Source of the DNA: Octopus sinensis
Lineage: Eukaryota
Assembly (NCBI RefSeq): GCF_006345805.1
Contig: NC_043013.1
Coordinates: 28,830,001 to 28,894,000, forward strand
Length of the DNA stretch: 64,000 nt
Direction: 5' to 3'
Shown piece after piece: positions 63,201 to 64,000 of this stretch. A program made the translations under genes and the position numbers. The notes beneath the pieces were generated by a model that did not search any database, was not told the DNA's origin, and saw only the letters and a program-made list of their open reading frames with translations. Positions within the stretch are counted from its first letter, which is position 1. Every line of letters starts with the position of its first letter.

Positions 63201-64000
63201 ATATTTAGATACATACATGTAAATATATGCATATACATGTACAAAAACGTACGTTCACATACGCACATCCTTTTAGCTAAGATCAAAGTGTAGCATACAT
63301 ATGTGTGTGTGTGTATGTGTGTGGAATATCTGTACATTTACACACATATTGCCTTTTAGCTAAGATTGAAATATAGCACACACAGACACACATACACACG
63401 TGTGTGTGTGTCACTGGTTTTGTTTTTCTTGTTCTTACCAAGCTATGTATGATAAGAAGAAAATCTTATATAGTTTTATGGCTCACATTGGATTTATCTT
63501 TAAATAATTGTCAGTTGCAATCAATAGTCTTCTTCCTTGTGTATAATTCTAATCTACTGGAATAACACTCCAGCCCACCTCACCCTTCCTCGAGAACAAA
63601 ACCACACAAACACACATGCATTTGCAGACACACACACACACACACACAATCTTGCACATTCACATACATGCAGAATGCACATTCACACACCTAGCTTACA
63701 TGACCTCATCATCCCTATACTGATGTTGTTTGGAAACAACTTACCATTGTGTGTTACATAGATGAGAGAGAGAGAGAGAGAAAGAGGAGGATGAGGAAGA
63801 GAAAATCTATACCCATAGCATGAAAAAAATATAGAAGCAATATAAACAACATTAACTTTTAATATTGCTTTAATAGAAATGTGAGTGGGATTGACGATAG
63901 CAGAAATGGTTGCCAGCAGCCAGACAAGATGACTCGCCATATCTCAGTTATGTCCCTTTTATGTTCCAACTTCAAGCAAGGAAGACCTTTCAATATTAGC

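Noticed and set aside
63848-64000. Open frame after ttaatag (NVSGIDDSRNGCQQPDK...) as an exon
   Set aside because: No recognisable homology, a weak acceptor and truncation by the window end. It does not resemble the AARSD1 C-terminus.

Overview
AT-rich animal genomic DNA, about 64 kb, almost entirely intron and dense in repeats. The repeat repertoire (tRNA-headed SINEs, RTE/CR1/Tx1 LINE remnants, TTAA MITEs, long TA/CA/GAT microsatellites) points to an octopus; this is inference. The only host gene I can support is AARSD1 (AlaX-type alanyl-tRNA editing protein). Five + strand internal exons, none in the ORF track, splice in frame at 7162-7292, 17426-17492, 20675-20766, 29228-29282 and 36963-37057. 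The 5' exons lie upstream of the window and I could not find the last exon. The rest is a TE record: a decayed Ty3/gypsy element (1-4362) split by a Helitron, RTE LINEs (one with a twin-priming inversion), mariner, Merlin, piggyBac-, pogo- and MULE-like MITEs, and many SINEs. The most unusual signals relate to Penelope-like elements (PLEs). (i) Two copies of a short element join a tRNA(Ile)-like Pol III head to a minimal hammerhead-ribozyme tail, each with an inverted partial duplicate, one with a 13-bp TSD. (ii) Three related fold-back elements sit in (TA)n tracts. (iii) There is a second hammerhead motif and a GIY-YIG-region relic. All coordinates were read by eye. Exon, TSD and TIR boundaries were counted base by base; other repeat boundaries are approximate (about +/-10-30 bp). 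Protein and family matches are from memory, not from a database search.
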